DNA of 64,000 nt, taken from Octopus sinensis. Its lineage: Eukaryota. Location: assembly GCF_006345805.1 (NCBI RefSeq), contig NW_021832719.1, forward strand, positions 35,782-99,781, in the 5' to 3' direction. The translations under genes were made by a program, and so were the position numbers. The number at the start of each line of letters is the position of its first letter. Position 1 is the stretch's first letter. The notes below the pieces were generated by a model. That model was not told the DNA's origin. It made no database searches and worked only from the letters and a program-made list of their open reading frames with translations. Below, one piece after another: positions 1 through 12,893 of this stretch.

Positions 1-126
1 CACCACCATCCCCTGCCGGAGCCTCGTGGAGCTTTTTAGGTGTGTTCGCTCAATAAACACAACGCCCGGTCTGGGAATCGAAACCGCGAGTCCGCTGCCC
101 TAACCACTGGGCCATTGCGCCTCCAC
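1..126 (-). mobile_element. tRNA-derived SINE head, family C (runs off window edge)
   Basis: Reverse complement starts GTGGAGGCGCAATGGCCCAGTGGTTAGGGCAGCGGACTCGCGG...TTCGATTCCC (A/B boxes); the same family recurs at 26.9k, 34.7k, 42k, 47.5k and 60.4k. Confidence 0.85.
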
Positions 127-127
127 A

Positions 128-358
128 AGTGGAGAGGTAGTCAGCTGAAGACTTGGCTTGCAACAGTCAAAGCAGATTTGGAGCTCGTTTCTGACCCTCG
201 AGCCTTTTGGCATTCGTTACTGGAACTAAGAATGGCTTCAACATGCTGAAGAATTGGCTGCCGACAGACATGCATGGACTGCTTTGTCCCATGACAAGGT
301 TAACTCTATAGGAGCCTGCTTAACCCCTTCCAGGTAAATGCCATTACAAATCAAGAAG
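128..358 (+). pseudogene. RTE-clade LINE 3' end relic
   Basis: Frameshifted translation GSQLKTWLATVKADLE / EELAADRHAWTAL resembles the RTE RT C-terminus; ends ATGCCATTACAAATCAAG. Confidence 0.6.
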
Positions 359-756
359 GCAAATGCATGGGTCCACCTGTTGTCTGTGACCCTTGGGACA
401 TATCCAGCCTATCAGAACTTGTGCTTTTGGTACTCTGATGCATATACCAGCTAAATACATCAGCTGCAAAGACAGGATAGCCATAGATTAAATATCGGTT
501 GAACAAGGACACAAATCTGCATGAAACAAACTTTAAAATCCTTATAAGAAAGGGGACCTTCTAATCAGAAATAAATCATCAGCCTCCCCCAGTCACATGC
601 TTTCATCAATTTATTCCTGCTTTCTGTGCCCTTTTTAACCCTTTTTCAAGAAGCTGTAGGGTACACCTGTGTATTGTATATAAAAAAAAACCTCATTAAC
701 CCATTTAACTGTGAGATTAATTTTCATGGTTATTTCAGTAATGATGTTAAACATAT

Positions 757-1335
757 ATAATAATAATGAAATTATTGTATACAGTGCTCAGGTGCACCAC
801 AACTTGACAAAAAGTGCGTATAAAGTATATGCAGTAATGTACAAATGTCTGGGAAGTGAACAGTATATAAGTCAGATACATGCTTGTGTGTGTATGGAGG
901 GGAGAAATTCAGGTGTAGTGTTGGCGAATCTCAGAAAGCATGGAAGTTTTGAAGGATGCAGTGCTCTGACAACTAACAACTGATGCCGGCAGTTTGTTCC
1001 ATTCTTCAGCAACTCTTAGCGTGAAAAAATGTTTCCGAAAGAAAATTTAATTATTTTAATAATAATAATAATGAAATTATTGTATACAGTGCTCAGGTGT
1101 ACCACAACTTATCAAAACGTGCGTATAAAGTGTATGCAGTAATGTACAAATGTCTGGGAAGTGAACAGTGTATGAGTCAGATACATGCTTGCGTGTGTAT
1201 GGAGGAGAGAAAATCAGGTGTAGTGTTGGCGAATCTCAGGAAACATGGAAGTTTTGAAGGATGCAGTGCTTGGACAACCAACAACTGATGCCGGCAGTTT
1301 GTTCCATGCTTCAGCAACTCTTAGCGTGAAAAAAT
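757..1335 (-). mobile_element. Two head-to-tail CR1-type LINE 3' ends
   Basis: Minus strand encodes FFTLRVAEAWNKLPASVV, followed by a 3'UTR and (ATT)n tail, twice. Confidence 0.85.
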
Positions 1336-1583
1336 CTACCAAAAAACTAAAAATGATATTTTCTGCAAGTAGCATTTCCTCAATAAACATGAAAATGGTT
1401 TCAAATACATTTCTCAAGAAAAGGTAAGTTGGTATATAAAACTGCTCTCTGTGATTAAGGGAAATGATATTTGGAGTGGAAATATATCTGATTTCTGCAG
1501 TTAAAGGGTTTATTTTCCTATAAAACAACCTAGACGTGAATGGAATTATAACAGAAGACAAAGACTACCTCGTCGTTCACTCA

Positions 1584-1979
1584 TCTCTATATATATAAAG
1601 CTGAAGTTGTCTGTGTATGGCAGGTTTGGTAGCCTTCAACTAACACTATCTCCTCCCAGACCCTGCGGCGCAAGTTAACCAAAATTGAGAGTATGATAGA
1701 AGAAGGCTTGCTATTCCTTCCGTAGAAGAAAAAATTCAAATCGGACCATGTTAACACCAAAAATTATTTACATCAAAAAGGTGCTTTCTTTTCTATGAAA
1801 ATCCCTATTTTTTACGATTTTTTTTTACTGCTGTGTCGCCACTTTTCGGTGTATTTCAACCAGAAAAATATTCACTTAAAGAGAATAACAAGCTACATAA
1901 TGCAAAATTTTTTACTTTTCAAAAATTCCAATTCTAAACGGTCTAAACAAACCCGAGCAACACCGGGTGATACTGCTAG
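1584..1979 (+). mobile_element. Non-autonomous Helitron
   Basis: A|TC 5' end; 3' hairpin CCCGAGCAACACCGGG then CTAG|T; related copies at 8.5k and 45.7k. Confidence 0.8.
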
Positions 1980-2410
1980 TTGATTTATATAAGTACCAGT
2001 TATGTACTAGAGATGATTTTACCCTTTAACTGTGAAATAAAATATCCTGATTATTCTAGCACTGATATATAATAGCGAAGGTGCAGTATTAATATCGAGA
2101 GGTAATACTTCTGTTTTATACCATACTTAAACGTGAATATTCTCCTGATAAAACTGTTCTCCACACTTAAGGGTGATTAAATTGTGAAAATTCTGAAACA
2201 CTGCAGAACTTTGTATATGAAGAGTTATCTCCCTTGGAGTGCAAAATTGATTCAATGCCTAAACTGCCATTTAGCAAGGCTTGTCACAACACTTCAAATT
2301 CTGCCGAGGTCGACTTTGCCTTTCATCCTTTCGGGGTCGATAAATTAAGTACCAGTCGCGTACTGGGGGGTCGATCTAATCGACTGGCCTCCTCACCCAA
2401 AATTTCGAAC

Positions 2411-2529
2411 CTAGAAATAGATGTTAAATGGCTCTAAGAACTACATTACTTACCACATTGTTCCTTTCCCCTTGCGTGCTAATGTGGAAAATAATGTAGT
2501 TCTTAGAGTCATTTGGCGTCTATTTCTAG
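2411..2529. repeat. Small fold-back, 49-bp imperfect arms
   Basis: 2411-2459 is the reverse complement of 2481-2529 (CTAGAAATAGA...CTCTAAGAACTACATT). Confidence 0.85.
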
Positions 2530-2585
2530 CGTGTAGCGCTACTCATTAGTGCCCTTACTATATATATATATTTTTTTTTTTTATG

Positions 2586-2968
2586 TTACTTGTTTCAGTT
2601 ATTTGACTGCGGCCATGCTGGAGCACCGCCTTTAGTCGAGCAAATCGACCCCAGGACTTATTTTTTTAGTAAGCCCAGTACTTATTCTATCGGTCTCTTT
2701 TGCCGAACCGCTAAGTGACGGGGACGTAAACACACCAGCATCGGTTGTCAAGCAATGCTAGGGGGACAAACACAGACACAAACATACACACATACATATA
2801 TATATATATACGACGGGCTTCTTTCAGTTTCCGTCTACCAAATCCACTCACAAGGCTTTGGTCGGCCCGGGGCTATAGCAGAAGACACTTGCCCTAGGTG
2901 CCACGCAGTGAGACTGAACCCGCAACCATGTGGTTGGTAAACAAGCTACTTACCACTTAGCCACTCCT
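2586..2968 (-). mobile_element. tRNA-derived SINE family A (dominant family, about 400 bp)
   Basis: Head GGAGTGGCTGTGTGG..GGTTCAGTCCC, internal (TA)n(TG)n, tail CAGTCAAATGACTGAAACAAGTAAAAGAG; more than 20 copies in the window. Confidence 0.9.
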
Positions 2969-3118
2969 GTATATATATATATATAATTAGGTAACAAACA
3001 AAGGGAAAAATTCCTTCAAAAGGGTGTGTGAAACATCCAATTCACTGGTACTAGGCCTCGAAACCGGTTTTATATTATGATGAGTAAAACCGAAACCGAT
3101 TTTAAGGCATGCTGTTTC

Positions 3119-3233
3119 GGATCTTTTCAATAAAAGATGTTTTATGTAACACATTCTTCTAGTATACTAAGTTTAAAGGTGTTTAGTTACAAAGAACTAT
3201 TTTTTAAATGTGCCGGTCAAAGTGAAAAGATCC
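3119..3233. mobile_element. Internally deleted MITE of the GGATCTTTTC-TIR family
   Basis: Starts GGATCTTTTC, ends GAAAAGATCC; internal part matches the copies at 16897 and 61623 in reverse. Confidence 0.6.
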
Positions 3234-3261
3234 GCTGTTTCTTTATTTTTATTTTTTTTTT

Positions 3262-3655
3262 GGTTGTGTGGTAAGTAGCTTGTTTACCAACCACATGGTT
3301 CCGGGTTCAGTCCCACTGCGTGGCATCTTGGGCAAGTGTCTTCTGCTATAGCCTCGGGCCGACCAAAGCCTTGTGAGTGGATTTGGTAGACGGAAACTGA
3401 AAGAAGCCTGTCGTATATATGTATATGTAATATATATATATATGCGTGTGTGTGTTTATGTGTCTGTGTTTGTCCCCCTAGCATTGCTTGACAACCGATG
3501 CTGGTGTGTTTATCTTCCCCGTTACTTAGCGGTTCGGCAAAAGAGACCGATAGAATAAGTACTGGGCTTACAAAGAATAAGTCCCGGGGTCGAGTTGCTC
3601 GATTAAAGGCGGTGCACCAGCATGGCCGCAGTCAAAATGACTGAAACAAGTAAAA
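3262..3655 (+). mobile_element. SINE family A
   Basis: Near full-length match to the other copies. Confidence 0.9.
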
Positions 3656-4004
3656 AAAAAAACATTTCTCCATTTTTTTTCTTTTCAAGAAATTTCGTTG
3701 AAACTGAACTAACTGAACTGTTGTCGGTCGCCTTTAGTTGAGAATGCTGTCTGTTTCATTGAAACATATCGCAACATATCCTCACCTTCTTTCCCCTTGA
3801 ACCTTAGATCAGCACCTTGTCATCTCCTTCGCTAACCCCTGGCTGACTCTTTGAATTTGCAGGTAACTGAGTTTATTCATAGCAAGTCAAGGGGATGCTG
3901 TTAGTCTTCAGTCGGGTGATCTTTCCCGTTGAGCATATGTAATAACCAGTTCCAGATTCATTTCAAGGAAGTAACCCTAAATTTTTTGATAAAAAAGTGA
4001 AGAG

Positions 4005-4092
4005 ATCGCTATAACAGACGATAGTGATCGCCATAACAGACGACAGTGATCGATATAACAGACGACAGTGACCGCCATAACAGACGATAGTG
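4005..4092 (+). repeat. 22-bp tandem repeat x4
   Basis: ATCGCYATAACAGACGAYAGTG units. Confidence 0.9.
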
Positions 4093-4950
4093 ATGATGAA
4101 GCTGACATAAGCCAACAAGACATACTTTGTCAAACAGATTTGGCTCACGAAAATGCTTGTTTTCCCCCAGCTAAAACCAGAATTTAACAAAGTTTTATAT
4201 AAGGTAAGAAAAATGTCAAAACTTTTCCGTAAATCTACAAAAAATGCAATTTTGCAAGATTTTGTACGAGCGAACTTTGATAACAGAGAATATAAACTTA
4301 TACTGGATTGCAGAACTCGGTGGAATAGCACATTCCATATGATTGAGAGATTTTTTGAAATTGAAAAGCTGCATTCCAAATGCTCTACAAGCAGAACTTT
4401 CCAAGATGCCGTCGCTGACGAAGAATGGAAATCTCTCAATTTACTACATGAAATTCTGCATCCAGTAGACATTATTTTGAAGGCTATTTGCGCTGATGAT
4501 ACGGGTTTACTGAAAGCGGAATATTCTATAGTAATTTTATTGAATAAACTTAATATCGTCGGCAACCCTTTGGCTCTAAATCTTCGTGAAAGACTTATGC
4601 ATAGATATAATAAGAGAAGAAATGTCAAAACCTTGACTCTCTTGAGGTATTTGCATAACCTAAGGAACTTTAAAGGTGAGTCAATTTCTGGACCTTTTCT
4701 ATTTTTTATGAAACATTTAAGGAAGTATGCTGAACAAACATATAGGGGATTATTTCCTGAACATGATGCTGAGAACACAACAGAATTATACAAAGAAAAT
4801 GAAATAGGATGGAACCTAAAAACAAGTGTTACTGTTGCCCCATCTATTTATGAAGGTAATGGACCCATGCGTGAATACACAAGCGCAATGAAGAAAATGA
4901 ATGAAGAGCCCAAGATGGTAACAGATGGATTTGAAATCTCTAAAGAATTT
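4093..4950 (+). pseudogene. Decayed hAT-superfamily transposase fragment
   Basis: KVRKMSKLFRKS...LQDFV...LILDCRTRWNSTFHMIERF carries the hAT TRWNS motif; frameshift near the poly-C at about 4165; 3' part replaced by a MITE. Confidence 0.85.
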
Positions 4951-5188
4951 GGGTACTATTTAAGAAGAGTGGTCCCGGTGCGCGCACTCGCGTACTCGCG
5001 CTAGCTAGTCGTGACTAGTCGATCCTACAACGACTACCCTAGCTAAGTAAATAAAACACAAAGTAAATAATTTTTAAAAAACAAAGTAAATACAACACAA
5101 AAGCACAAAGTAAGGATCGACTAGTCACGACTAGCTAACGCGGATGCGCTAGTGCGCGCACCGGGACCACTCTTTTAAAGTAGTACCC
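4951..5188. mobile_element. 238-bp MITE with long GC-rich TIRs
   Basis: GGGTACTATTTAAGAAGAGTGGTCCCGGTGCGCGCACT...GATCCT mirrored at 5112-5188; A-rich spacer. Confidence 0.8.
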
Positions 5189-5268
5189 GCGAAAACCGGT
5201 TTTGAGAATTACTTATACTTGAACTTATACTTATACTTTGGGGAATTATCGGTTTTTTGCAAGCCCTA
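5189..5268 (+). mobile_element. Probable hAT right terminus
   Basis: Ends CGGTTTTTTGCAAGCCCTA (reverse complement TAGGGCTTGCAAA, a TAGGG-type hAT TIR); partner left TIR not found. Confidence 0.5.
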
Positions 5269-5502
5269 GTATTTACGCTTCTGTAACTTAGCGGTTCGGC
5301 AAAAAAAACCGATAGAATAAGTATCAGTCTTAACAAAAAATAAGTACCGTGGTCGATTTATTCGAGTGAATTTTTTTCAAGGCGTTGCTACAGCATGGCC
5401 GCAGTCTAATGATTGAAACGAAAGATAGTTATGTATGTTTCTGTACTGACCATAGGTTCAGTGAATCTGGTCTGACCTAGGGTTAAAGAAAATAAATATT
5501 TT

Positions 5503-6240
5503 TACTCTTTTACTTGTTTCAGTCATTTTGACTGCGGCCATGCTGGAGCACCGCCTTTAGTCGAGCAAATCATCCCCGGGACTTATTCTTTGTAAGCCTA
5601 GTACTTGTTCTATCGGTCTCTATTGCCGAACCGCTAAGTTACGGGGACGTAAACACACAAGCATCGGTTGTCAAGCGATGTTGGGGGGGGGGACAAACAC
5701 AGACACACAAACACACACACGCATATATATACGACGGGCTTCTTTCAGTTTCCATCTATTAAATCCACTCACAAGGCATTGGTCGGCCCAAGTCTATAGC
5801 AGAAGACACTTGCCCAAGGTGCCACACAGTGGGACTGAACCCGGAACCATGTGGTTGGTTAGCAAGCTACTTACCACACAGTCACTCCTACACCTATATA
5901 CATATATACGACGGGCTTCTTTCAGTTTCCATCTACCAAATCCACTCACAAGGCTTTGGTCGGCCCGAGGCTATAGCAGAAGACACTTGTCCAAGGTGCC
6001 ACGCAGTGGGACTGAACCCGGAACCATGAGGTTGGTAAGCAAGCTACTTACCACACAGCCACTCCTACACCTATATACATATATACGACGGGCTTCTTTC
6101 AGTTTCCATCTACCAAATCCACTCACAAGGCTTTGGTCGGCCCAAGTCTATAGCAGAAGACACTTGCCCAAGGTGCCACACAGTGGGACTGAACCCGGGA
6201 CCATGTGGTTGGTAAGCAAGCTACTTACCACACGGCCACC
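5503..6240 (-). mobile_element. SINE family A with three tandem heads
   Basis: Head segment repeated three times after one tail. Confidence 0.9.
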
Positions 6241-6478
6241 CTTGCTCCTTTTGCATATTCAAATTAAAATTGGCGCCTTTTCTCAGTAAATGTTTTTGAT
6301 TTTTAAATCTGAGCACAATCACACACACACACACACACACATCTATATATACTGACATACACACAAACACACTAACATAGACACCCACATATACACACAC
6401 AAGTACACACGCATTCATAAGTCAGGCGTCAACATATATACATACAAGTAGACACACACACATATCCATACTCTCTCC

Positions 6479-6705
6479 CTCTCTCCCACTTATTATATAT
6501 CGCTCTCTCCCACTTATTATATATCGCTCTCTCCTTTTATCTTCCTCGCTCCCACTTATTATATATCGCTCTCTCCTTTTATCTTCCTCTCTCCCACTTA
6601 TTATATATCGCTCTCTCCTTTTATCTTCCTCTCTCCCACTTATTATATATCGCTCTCCCCCTTATTATATATCGCTCTCTCCTTTTATCTCCCTCTCTAT
6701 CACCT
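6479..6705. repeat. CT-rich minisatellite
   Basis: CTCTCCCACTTATTATATATCGCTCTCTCCTTTTATCTTC units. Confidence 0.85.
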
Positions 6706-6890
6706 CTTACTCTTTCTATTCAGCATCACTCTCTTTACCCCTCTCTCACTTCATTCACTACCTTTCTTTTTTCCCGCCTTCCCTTCTCTATTCTCATCCA
6801 TTCATTCATCTTCTGTCTCTGACCTCCGTCAGTCAAACTGGATGCTACCCTTATCAATGATCGCCAATCACCATGTAAGTTCGATTTTAA

Positions 6891-6957
<67 letters not shown>

Positions 6958-7365
6958 TACTCTTTTACTTGTTTCAGTCATTTGACTGCGGCCATGCCGG
7001 AGCACCGCCTTTAGTCGAGCAAATCGACCCCCCCCCCCCCGGACTTATTCTTTGTAAGCCCAGTACTTATTCTATCGGTCTCTTTTGCCGAACCGCTAAG
7101 TTACAGGGACGTAACACACCAGCATCGGTTGTCAAGCAATGCTAGGGCGACAAACACAGACACAACATATACGCACACATACATATATGTATAGATACAT
7201 ACGACGGGCTTCTTTCAGTTTCCGTCTACCAAATCCACTCACAAGGCTTTGGTCGGCCCGGGGCTATAGTAGAAGACACTTGCCCAAGGTGCCACGCAGT
7301 GGGACTGAACCCGGAACCATGTAGTTCGTAAGCAAGCTACTTACCACACAGCCACTCCTACGCCT
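6958..7365 (-). mobile_element. SINE family A
   Basis: Full-length match. Confidence 0.9.
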
Positions 7366-7684
7366 ATATGCTAGATATATACACATACATATTTCTAAGT
7401 CCACCTTCGAAATCAGCCAGTAGTGGGTTATAAAGTGGAATCTTACTCACACACGCATCGTTGATATTATGCAAAAGTGTTGTAAGTCCGAAACGTCGGG
7501 GTTTTTTGTTGTTTTTTTTTTCAGAAAACGAAAAAAATATTTGCACCATTCCATAGCAAAACCGTTGCACTACACTTGGACAATTTCTAATATCTTGGCA
7601 TCAGAAGCTGATGAAGATGTAAAATTAAATATTGAAAATTTGACAAAATTTGGACATACGACAGTTTAACATAATAGCAACGCT

Positions 7685-8069
7685 ATGTATGAATGTATGT
7701 ATGTATGTATGTATGTATGTATGTATGCATGTATGTATGAATGTATGTATGTATGAATGTATGTATGTATGTATGTATGAATGTGTGTATGTATGAATGT
7801 ATGTATGCATGTATGTATGAATGTATGTATGTATGTATGTATGAATGTGTGTATGTATGTGTGTGTGTGTGTATGTATGAATGTATGTATGTATGAATGT
7901 ATGTATGCATGTATGAATGTATGTATGTATGTATGTATGTATGTATGTATATGTATGTATGTATGAATGTATGTATGTATGTATGTATATATATACGTAT
8001 GTATGTATGTATGAATGTATGTATGTATGTACGTATGTATGTATGTATGTATGTATGTATGTATGTGTG

Positions 8070-8100
<31 letters not shown>
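7685..8100. repeat. (TATG)n microsatellite
   Basis: Direct inspection. Confidence 0.95.
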
Positions 8101-8317
8101 AAGAGAGTGTATATGGTGACCAGCACACCTGAGCAGTATGTATATAATAAAACGTGCAAAACTTTAGCTGGGCTTAAAAGTCATTTAAGGGCATCACATG
8201 GCATCAATAACGAATCATTTTAGTAAATCTTTTTGTCAATGGCTTTTCTTATATAACTAGGTTGCAGCTGTGATATATATATATACGTATATATGAATGT
8301 AAATCTCTCTCTATATA

Positions 8318-8478
8318 TTTCTTTACTACCCACAAGGGGCTAAACATAGAGGGGACAAACAAGGACAGACAAAGGGATTAAGTCGATTACATCGACCCAG
8401 TGGGAAACTGGTACTTCATTTATCGACCCCGAAAGGATGAAAGGCAAAGTCGACCTCGGCGGAATTTGAACTCAGAAC
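8318..8478 (-). mobile_element. tRNA-derived SINE family B, partial
   Basis: GAGGTCGACTTTGCCTTTCATCCTTTCGGGGTCGATAAA core on the minus strand. Confidence 0.85.
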
Positions 8479-8765
8479 GAAGCTGTCTGTGTATGGCAGG
8501 TTTGGTGGCCTTCAACTAACACTATCTCCTCCAAGACCCTGCGGCGCAAGTTGACCAAAATTGAGAGTAGGATAGAAGAAGCCTTGCTCTTCCTTCCGTA
8601 GAAGAAAAAATTCAAATTGGACCATGTTAACACCAAAAATTATTTACATAAAAAATGTTCACTCAAAGAGAATAATAAGCTACATAATGCAAAATTTTTA
8701 CTTTTCAAAAATTCCAATTCTAAAGGGTCGAAACAAACCCGAGCAACGCCGGGCTATACTGCTGG
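8479..8765 (+). mobile_element. Helitron, 5'-truncated and internally deleted
   Basis: Matches 1584-1979; ends hairpin + CTGG|T. Confidence 0.75.
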
Positions 8766-8777
8766 TACATGAATATA

Positions 8778-9004
8778 TATATTTCTTTACTACACACAAG
8801 GGGCCAAACACAGAGAGGACAAACAAGGACAGACAAAGGGATTAAGTCGATTACATCGACCCCAGTGCGTAACTGGTACTTAATTTATCGACCCCGAAAG
8901 GATGAAAGGCAAAGTCGACCTCGGCGGAATTTGAACTCAGAACGTAACGACAGACGAAATACCGCTAAGCAGTTCGCCCACCGTGCTAACGTTTCTGCCA
9001 GCTC
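8778..9004 (-). mobile_element. SINE family B
   Basis: Near full-length; head GAGCTGGCAGAAACGTTAGCAC. Confidence 0.85.
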
Positions 9005-9023
9005 GATACATATATACGTACAT

Positions 9024-9390
9024 ACGCAGGAGTGGCTGTGTGGTAAGTAGCTTGCTAACCAACCACATGGTTCCGGGTTCAGTCCCACAGCGTGGCACAT
9101 TGGGCAAGTGTCTTCTACTATAGCCTGGGGCCGACCAAAGCCTTGTGAGTGGATTTGGTAGACGGAAACTGAAAGAAGCCTGTCGTATACATGCATATAT
9201 ATGTGTGTGTTTGTTCCCCCATCATCGCTTGACAACCGATGCTGGTGTGTTTACGTCCCCGTAATCTAGCTGTTCGACAAAAGAGACCGATAGAATAAAT
9301 ACTAGGCTTACAAAGTGTAAATCCTGGGGTCGACTAAAGACGTTGCTCCAGCATGGCCGCAGTCTAATTACTGAAACAAGTAAAAGAGAG
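9024..9390 (+). mobile_element. SINE family A
   Basis: Full-length match. Confidence 0.9.
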
Positions 9391-9395
9391 TAAAA

Positions 9396-9559
9396 GTGTA
9401 TGCATACATACATATATATAGACATATATTTATCACTTGTGTGTATGCATACATGTACGTATGTATGTGTGAATGTATGCATATGTATCCACACACACAC
9501 ACAATACATATATACATACACATATATATATATGTGTATATATACACATATCTACACAT

Positions 9560-9591
<32 letters not shown>

Positions 9592-9683
9592 GTATGTATA
9601 TATATATACACACATTCATATTCCAAAGTTCACTTTCGTAATCAACCTCTAGTGTGTTACAAAGTGGAACGTTATGCTTATAC

Positions 9684-9721
<38 letters not shown>

Positions 9722-10304
9722 GCACGCATACACACACGGACACACACACACTGCAAATCCATTTGATGTAATGTCAAAGGTCGATCGACGCTGTAATATT
9801 TTTTAAATGTCCCAGTAAAAGAGTTTGTTAGGAAGAATTTGAATTTGAATTTAGTGGAGGCAAAAAAATCTTTGAGATTTTGGTAGAAGTTTCGGTTGGA
9901 GAAAGTTGGAACAGGGTGAATATATTTGTTATTTCTGGGTTTTCTGGGTTTTTTTGTGAAGATGGAATTAATACTTGGAGGTAAGATATTGAGAAAAGGG
10001 AAAAATTCGAAGGTGGGCGGGGCCGATCTCTACAGGTGTAAACGTGTGTGAGTGTGTGTGTATATACAGGTAAATGGTTGTGTCTATGTGTGTGTGTGTG
10101 AGGGGATGCATATATATGCAGTGGTATATACGAGTGTGTGTATGTTGGTGTATACATATGCATGCAAACAATCGTGTGTGTGCATATACAGGTAAACAGT
10201 TGTGTCTATGTGTGTGTGTGTGTGTGTATCAGGTGATGCATATACATGCAGTCGTATATGTGTGTGTATGTTGGTGTATACGTATGCATGCAAACAAATG
10301 TGTA

Positions 10305-10335
<31 letters not shown>

Positions 10336-10627
10336 GTGAGTGTGTGCATATACATGCAAAGCAATTGTGTAGATGTGTGTGGGGGTGTTTGTACACACTC
10401 AAAAATGTGTGAATGTATGTGTATGCGTATACACGTAAACAATGTGTATGTGAACGTGTGTATATATATATATTATATATATATACTTTATTTAAAGCAT
10501 ATTACTCTACCACTGGTATTTGAGTACTCTTTTTTCCACCTTGTTTCACATTTATGTTTACTCCGGTATATATATATATATACACACACCACACACACAC
10601 ATATATATATATATATGTATAACACAC

Positions 10628-10665
<38 letters not shown>

Positions 10666-10715
10666 GTATACACACACACACACACACACACAATACATAT
10701 ATATATATATATATG

Positions 10716-10792
<77 letters not shown>

Positions 10793-10801
10793 ACCACACA
10801 C

Positions 10802-10839
<38 letters not shown>

Positions 10840-10857
10840 GTATACACACACACACAC

Positions 10858-10901
<44 letters not shown>

Positions 10902-10912
10902 GTATACACAAC

Positions 10913-10968
<56 letters not shown>

Positions 10969-11058
10969 GTGAATGCACACAAATGTGTGGTTATTTTTGT
11001 ACATCCTCAAGTGTCGAGAGTGGCTCAAGGGTCGAGAGTTTCGTGTATTGCAAACAAT

Positions 11059-11091
<33 letters not shown>

Positions 11092-11270
11092 ACACACACA
11101 CATACATAACATACATTCATAAATGCACACCCATATATACATCCGTAAACACATTTTCTGACTCATACAATCACAGCTACACACACACACACACACACAC
11201 ACACAAATACATGTTTACATACTAAACATACATAAACACACAGTCTGTTACACACACATAATTATGCTTT
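9396..11270. repeat. Compound (TA)n/(CA)n/(TG)n microsatellite field with a short unique interruption (about 9770-10020)
   Basis: Direct inspection; source of the many HT/YI/CV ORFs. Confidence 0.9.
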
Positions 11271-11357
11271 CATACACAAACACAAAACACGGGAACCTAG
11301 AAATAGTCTCTAAATCTCCCTCAAATGAAGTCAAGTCTTAAATAATTATTAAATATA

Positions 11358-11513
11358 GTGGCTGTGAGGTAAGTAGCTTGCTTACCAACCACATGGTTCC
11401 GGGTTCAGTCCCACTGCGTGGCACCTTGGGCAAGTGTCTTCTACTATAGCCTCGAGCCAAATAAAGCCTTGTGAGTGGATTTGGTAGACGGAAACTGAAA
11501 GAAGCCCGTCGTA

Positions 11514-11565
<52 letters not shown>

Positions 11566-11778
11566 GTGTGTGTGGTGTGTATGTCTCTGTTTGTCCCCCT
11601 AGCATTGCTTGACAACCGATGCTGGTGTGTTTACGTCTCCCGTCACTTAGCGGTTCGGCAAAAGAGACCGATAGAATAAGTACTGGGCTTACAAAAGAAT
11701 AAGTCCCGGGGTCGAGTTGCTCGATTAAAGGTGGTGCTCCAGCATGGCCGCAGTCAAATGACTGAAACAAGTAAAAGA
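11358..11778 (+). mobile_element. SINE family A
   Basis: Full-length match. Confidence 0.9.
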
Positions 11779-12108
11779 GGCATAGCTACACAACTGTGCC
11801 TCACCTATCACTACTCGACTTTGTTTCCTCCTAACGTCCAGTAAAATAGATATTTTTTAAATAACATTTTTCTCAGATACTTTCAAGATGACATAGATTA
11901 CGATTATACTGGAATTTGATGGGAGGAAAAGGACATAATTAAAATGTGGCCGGATAATTCACGTATCTCTACTTTGTTTCCTCGTATTTTGATAAAGTGC
12001 GCGAAGTATCGGCCCCCCTCCAGCAAATTATTATCTTTCACAGTAAATTCCGGTATAATCGTAAACTACACCCTCTAAAAGTTATGTGAAGAAAATTTTA
12101 TTTAAAAA

Positions 12109-12893
12109 CTAGCGATATCGCCCGGCGTTGCTCGGGTTTGTAAGAGAAATAACTATATAAGCACTTTTATAGTTATAGCCAAAAAGTAGCAAAAAAATGC
12201 ATTAAAAATGGAAAAAAAAAATTATGGTAAATTTTTTTTATAATCGTTGACTCATCGTAGACATTTTTAGAGTTACTTCCCTTATATAATAGCGAAAAAA
12301 TGCATTAAAATGGAAAAAAATGATGGTAATTTTTTTTATAATCGTTGACTCATCGTAGACATTTTTAGAGTTACTTCCCTTATATAATAGCGAAAAAATG
12401 CATTAAAATGGAAAAAAATGATGGTAATTTTTTTTTTAAATCGTTGACTCATCGTAGACATTTTTAGAGAGTTACTTCCCTTATATAATAGCGAAAAAAT
12501 GCATTAAAATGAAAAATAATGGTAATTTTTTTTATAATCGTTGACTCATCGTAGACATTTTTAGAGTTACTTCCCTTATATAATCGAAAAATGCATTAAA
12601 ATGGGGAAAAATTATGGTAAATTTTTTTTAATTCGTTGACTCATCGTAGACATATTTAGAGAGTTACTTCCCTTATATAATAGTGAAAAAATGCATTAAA
12701 ATGGAAAAAATGATGGTAATTTTTTTTTTAAATCGTAGACTCATCGTAGACGCGCGCTAATACCCAGAAGGGCTCGATATGAATCACGACTATAAGATAC
12801 CCGCTTTTGGTTAAACTGCACCGCAAAATGTGGGAGTAGTTAGGAATCTAAATCGTAGGAGACAGACACACAACTTCACTTTTAATATAAAGA
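12109..12893 (-). mobile_element. Non-autonomous Helitron (second subfamily) with internal ~100-bp tandem array
   Basis: Minus-strand A|TC start at 12893 and hairpin + CTAG|T end at 12109; about six internal units (AAAATGCATTAAAAATGG...TTACTTCCCTTATATAATAG). Confidence 0.8.

Noticed and set aside
3963-4793. 276-aa minus-strand ORF
   Set aside because: Antisense shadow of the hAT transposase frame; no recognisable motif
5678-6289. Recurrent ORFs such as RRASFSFRLPNPLTRLWSARGYSRRHLPKV
   Set aside because: Translations of SINE family A, repeated at every copy
7430-7502. GAAACGTC with an upstream CTTAC/GTAAG stem, resembling a hammerhead
   Set aside because: No CUGANGA-like core and no stem I partner
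7608-7645. CTGATGA...GAAA matches at 7610 and 39940
   Set aside because: No stem II or stem I complementarity; chance matches
7625-11225. Many HT/YI/CV-rich ORFs
   Set aside because: Dinucleotide and tetranucleotide microsatellite read-through
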